From positions 248,001 to 312,000 of the forward strand of contig JAHLTZ010000021.1 in the NCBI GenBank assembly GCA_025786725.1: DNA of 64,000 bases, read 5' to 3'. The translations under genes were made by a program, and so were the position numbers. Position 1 is the first letter of the stretch, and every line of letters begins with the position of its first letter. The notes beneath the pieces are model-generated. The model worked only from the letters and a program-made list of their open reading frames with translations. It was not told the origin of the DNA and made no database searches. This stretch comes from Syncephalis fuscata S228. Lineage: Eukaryota; Fungi; Zoopagomycota. Shown one piece after another: positions 60,608-64,000 of the stretch.

Positions 60608-63600
60608 TTACCAATAATAGGATATCCAGGAATAGAATCTATCATAGATTGTATAGCTTTCAACGTGATACGGATACATGATATAACTTATTGTTTTTTC
60701 AGTTAGATGAATAGCAGTGCGAACGACTTGTGCCCAAATATCAATGCATAGGTAAATAAAATCAAATGGTGCTTGAAATAAGCTGATTATTTTATGACCC
60801 GTCGTACTTAGCGATTGCGATAACAGACTAAAATTTGACCTGTGCTTTGTATTTGTAGATGATGTTTTTGTCGTTGAATAATACCGACTCACTGCACTCC
60901 ATGCGAATTGAATCAAACGATAAAAAATCGGGTGACTGTCTATATCATCCTTCTTTGCTATGAATTCTTGCTTCTTGACCATTAGACTGTAGTTTTGGTC
61001 AATGCGTATACTGCGCGGCGATAAAAAGTTTTTTTTTCTTGGCGGTAATGGTGGTGGTGCCTGTTTGACCAATAAATGCTTTTGTACTACTAAAGATTTG
61101 TTGTCTTTCATATTATTAGCGGATAATTCTAAGCGACTGGCCGCGCTTTCAAGTTGATTAATCCATGTTATTGTTTGATTCAAACAGATATCCAAGTTAA
61201 TCTCAGAATTAGATTCAACACAAAGCGATAATATTTCATCTTTTTGCTTCACTGAGTCTAGATTATCATTGTTGCTATTTTTTACACGTAGCAATGCAGA
61301 CAATAAATGTTCTCGTATATCATGAATAATGCAGACCAGCAGTCCGTGGTGTTCAAGCAGCTTTTCCTGCTGCTGCTGCTTAGTCTTGTTTAGCTCTGTA
61401 TAAACTGCAGCGGCGGTTTCCGAGGCTTGACCACCACTGGCATAAATTGTTTTGAGCTGTTCGGTAAATGTTTCAACCTGCTCCTCGGCCATTGTTGCAC
61501 GTTTTTCATAGAATGCTACCAAGTACTCTAGCTGCATTATACTATCACTTTTGGTGGCCACAGGTGTCCATGCCTTGTGAAATTTTATAATAGTATCTTG
61601 GTTGATACCAACATTTTCGTCCACAGACTCTGAGCAATTTTCAGCAATTTTAGCTATGTTCTTGTTAATAAACTTACTTTGTATAGTCTGGTCAATATCC
61701 TCAGCAAAATTGGCCAAAGTATTATTTATTCTTTTAAAGAACTCAGCAGTTGTTTTGAAATCCTCATCAGAGTTTTTTGGACTGCCATTATTATTATTAT
61801 TTAGATTTTTAATTTCGTTTGCAAGCTCATTCTATAGTAATTTGTTAAGCAGCTAAATAGCAATATGCATAATATAGGCCTACCTTTCTATCGTTAATAT
61901 ACGTTTCTGCACACCAATTGCTATTGGGCCTCTGTTCTTTCTGTGTTTGAACAGCGTCATTTTGAATGAAAGTGTTATATGGCTTAATAGGTACATGACC
62001 AGTAACTGAAAGCATAGCATCAATCTTTTTTGTAGAGTCTTTATCTGATATAAATAATGTAGAGATTGAACGCTCATCTTGCAGATTGCCATATAAATGC
62101 TGCTTATCAATTGGCTTCTCGTTGCTACAGCATACCACAGATACAACACCATTGCTATTGAGAGAAGGAGTATTATGGTGACAATCTGGTTCATTGGTTC
62201 TCTGTATTGATTTGTCGCCTGATTGCAGAATTTTATAAGTAGTATTGTCGGCATCGAGAAGAATACTGGATTTGTCGAGAACATAATTATTCAAATGTTC
62301 ACTGTATTGGTATGCTTCTTCCGTTTTAGCATCTTTCTCCATAACTGTGCCTAGCTGAGGCACTGTAAAGTCATCCTCCATCATTGGAGTATCTACGATA
62401 ATTCAGCTTCTAGCAAATTTTAAATATGGTGTATTTACCGTGCATTGTAAAACACAAAGGTGTATGAATGTAGTCCTTTTCGATATATCCGGGTTCTGTA
62501 GCGCTACTGCTATGCTCGTTTAATTCATCCATTAATGACTTTCCTATAGTAATTTTACACAAATTAGTAATATTGACGTGTGACTCTAATTAATAATCAC
62601 CATAAACTTTATCATCTCCATTAGTGGGTAATAAATTCAAAGTGGTTGTCGGATAGAAGGGCAGAGTAGTCTCATCAATAGCAGTTTTTAAGTGGCTGTT
62701 GCTTTCTACATTCGAGGTATCATTGCCAGAAGATGCTAACTTTTCTCTATCTAATTGAATATACTGTCTTCCATGCTCATCAATATTTGTAATCAATAGA
62801 TTGTGTTCATTTAAACAGTCACACAAATAAGTAAAACCATTGCGCCATTGAGCATTATCTGCGGCATAATTTTGGCAGTCTTGCTGCAAAGAACGAATTA
62901 CACCATGCGAATGCTGCAGTTGCTGCTTTAGCTGAGATTGAGATGCCTCACATTTAGCTTGATTTTTCTCCAATACCTCTATGTGCTGATTGGCCTTTAG
63001 AAGATCTCTTTGGGCTTGTCGAAAAATATAACCATCCTTTACGCCTGTCGTCTGTAACTTACGCATTTTTGTCATTAAACGCGCGTGCTCTGGCACCAAC
63101 TGAGAAAGCCGATCGTTGACTTTTTTCAAACTATCCTCGCTCTTTCGAGTTTCTTGCACTAGGCGGGCATTTGCGTCTTCTTTACACTTAAGTTCTGTTT
63201 TTAATGCATCACGTTCTTCTTCCACTATCGCTAAAGTATTTGACAATTGTTCCATTTCATATTCCAGGCGGCGCTGCCTAGTAGAGGAAACTTTTTCAAT
63301 GTCCTGCGTTATATCGATTTCACATAGCAAGTGGTGACCATCCCAGTTATTAATGGGCTGCGGACTAGCGGGCAGTAGAGACGACTGTGACATTACCGTG
63401 TTACAGGCAAATTCATCCTCAATATATTCATCTCTACTATCTAAACTATTAATCGACGTATTAAAGCCTGATGGATGATTGGTCAATTGCTGATCCTCAA
63501 TAGATTCAGCTTTTCTGATACTAGTTTGCTTAGTATCTACCGGTGTAGTTGCTTTGGGTGAACGCGAGGAAGAGCGATAATACCCGGTGGGTGGTTTAGG

Positions 63601-63657
63601 CCGTTGCGTTGCCATAGGGCATACGATGCTAGATCCTGATAATGATGCGAACGACAT
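60608..63657 (-). CDS. Large coiled-coil hypothetical protein (about 950 aa), 4 exons
   Basis: ORFs 62590-63657, 61845-62384 and 60608-61717 join in phase via three short GT-AG introns (junction peptides GKSLMDEL, HDTPMM, RKNELAN). Two coiled-coil regions, a PPPLPPR motif and an aromatic C-terminus. Confidence 0.75.
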
Positions 63658-64000
63658 TATTAAAATTGGTCAATACTGTATTGACGCCCCGTTATATCGA
63701 TTTTAGTGGTTAAAATTGCTTGATTAACCAGAAGATACTCAATATCGTTAGTTGTAATTCCGCTCAACGTTCTTTAGCAACAAGCGATGTTGTTCGGTAG
63801 TCGTTATTAAAAAGGGATGTCTTACTAGGTAACACGGAATGATAGCAACATGTAAACAAGTTAATGGATTGGTTGGTCTTTTATTCTAATATACGCTTTT
63901 ATTCATAGTTCAAGGAATTAAATAACAATAAAATAGATAGATAATTGTTGTAAATAAACAATTGTCAAAGGAATGCTGCTGATTTAATAAATGAGTCGTT

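Noticed and set aside
1-64000. Non-standard genetic code or stop-codon reassignment
   Set aside because: Conserved genes translate without internal stops under the standard code once introns and the single-base gaps are accounted for.

Overview
Eukaryotic, AT-rich fungal genomic DNA with many short (about 45-100 nt) GT-AG introns. The gene content and intron style suggest an early-diverging fungus, probably a zoopagalean mycoparasite such as Syncephalis (inference). I find about 22 protein genes and one tRNA-Val(AAC). Conserved genes are the 3' end of an acyl-CoA synthetase, a 15-intron P3A H+-ATPase, TMBIM/BI-1, Alb1, cactin, a GST, an Srk1/Rck2-type kinase, TIM50, PDB1, an F-box/LRR protein and a sterol desaturase-family protein. 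There is a dense set of secreted or surface proteins: a GH9 glucanase, a GH15 glucoamylase, a degenerate CAP protein, a Cys-rich protein, a secreted pseudokinase and a GPI-like protein. The most notable observations are: (i) a 3 kb non-coding foldback structure of about 325-bp satellite units (3 direct, 2 inverted) bracketed by diverged direct repeats next to the tRNA; (ii) a signal-peptide-bearing kinase fold that has lost its catalytic motifs, and a histidine phosphatase with several active-site substitutions; (iii) a 1181-nt intron that joins a 450-aa disordered ORF in frame to the Srk1-like kinase, with a probable internal promoter; (iv) at least four apparent single-base deletions in otherwise intact genes, most likely long-read assembly errors; (v) a dispersed family of decayed, intron-containing gene or transposon remnants.
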